In this document: positions 63,723 to 64,000 of the stretch, in pieces
Layout: every line of letters starts with the position of its first letter
How positions within the stretch are numbered: the first letter of the stretch is position 1
Assembly: GCF_003918875.1 (NCBI RefSeq)
Contig: NW_025765969.1
Coordinates: forward strand, 1,302,001-1,366,000
DNA from: Haliotis rubra
Taxonomy: Eukaryota
Direction: 5' to 3'
DNA: 64,000 nucleotides
The notes under the pieces: generated by a model
Told to the model about the DNA's origin: nothing
Database searches by the model: none
Seen by the model: only the letters and a program-made list of their open reading frames with translations
Made by a program: the position numbers and the translations under genes

Positions 63723-64000
63723 GTTCCATGGTATCCGTAGGTACTGAGTTAGGGAACAGCATGGGACAGTCTCGGGATAGTGACGACGAATTGCTCGCCA
63801 CTTTTGCTGCTAATATTTATGGCTCAGTCGACTCGGAAAACAAAAACGTAGGGAATTTGTTCAAGTGCGAGTACTGCAACAGATACTTCTCTAGTTCATA
63901 TTCACGAAACTCTCATAAAAAGGCTGTCCACGAAGGTGTCACTCATGGGTGTATCTGTGGCAAGAAGTACAGATACCGCCGAGGATTAATGCGACATCAG
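63723..64000 (+). CDS. Gene B variable terminal exon B20, zinc-finger pair, truncated by the window end
   Basis: Acceptor cttttgttacttgcag, phase 1; hand translation FKCEYCNRYFSSSYSRNSHKKAVHEGVTHGCICGKKYRYRRGLMRHQ; absent from the ORF track. Confidence 0.85.

Overview
Eukaryotic (invertebrate, probably molluscan/gastropod, inferred only from the SINE content) genomic DNA. It carries two divergently transcribed paralogous genes: gene A on the minus strand (ATG 21188) and gene B on the plus strand (ATG 25676). Each has a large constant exon (about 290 aa: an unrecognised ~90-aa N-terminal domain plus a Ser/Pro/acidic linker) and a 33-nt constant mini-exon ending in a perfect AAG|GTAAGT donor. 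Beyond that lies a long array of apparent alternative terminal exons that runs to the window edge. I count 13 on the minus strand and 21 on the plus strand. All 34 begin after a phase-1 acceptor (consensus TTTTGTTRCTTTCAG) and, except the last (cut by the window edge), end in their own stop. Thirty-two encode a C2H2 + CxC-type C2HC zinc-finger pair, one encodes a pogo/Tigger/CENP-B HTH and one a RAG1-N-terminal/Chapaev-like zinc domain. This is a lola/mod(mdg4)-like 'constant N-terminus + exchangeable DNA-binding domain' system without a BTB domain. A near-identical 196-nt block around the last donor and a conserved AATAAA just downstream in both paralogs suggest trans-splicing. tRNA-derived SINEs are almost all co-oriented with the array they sit in. 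The rest is MITEs, SINEs and tandem repeats. All splice models are predictions from sequence alone.
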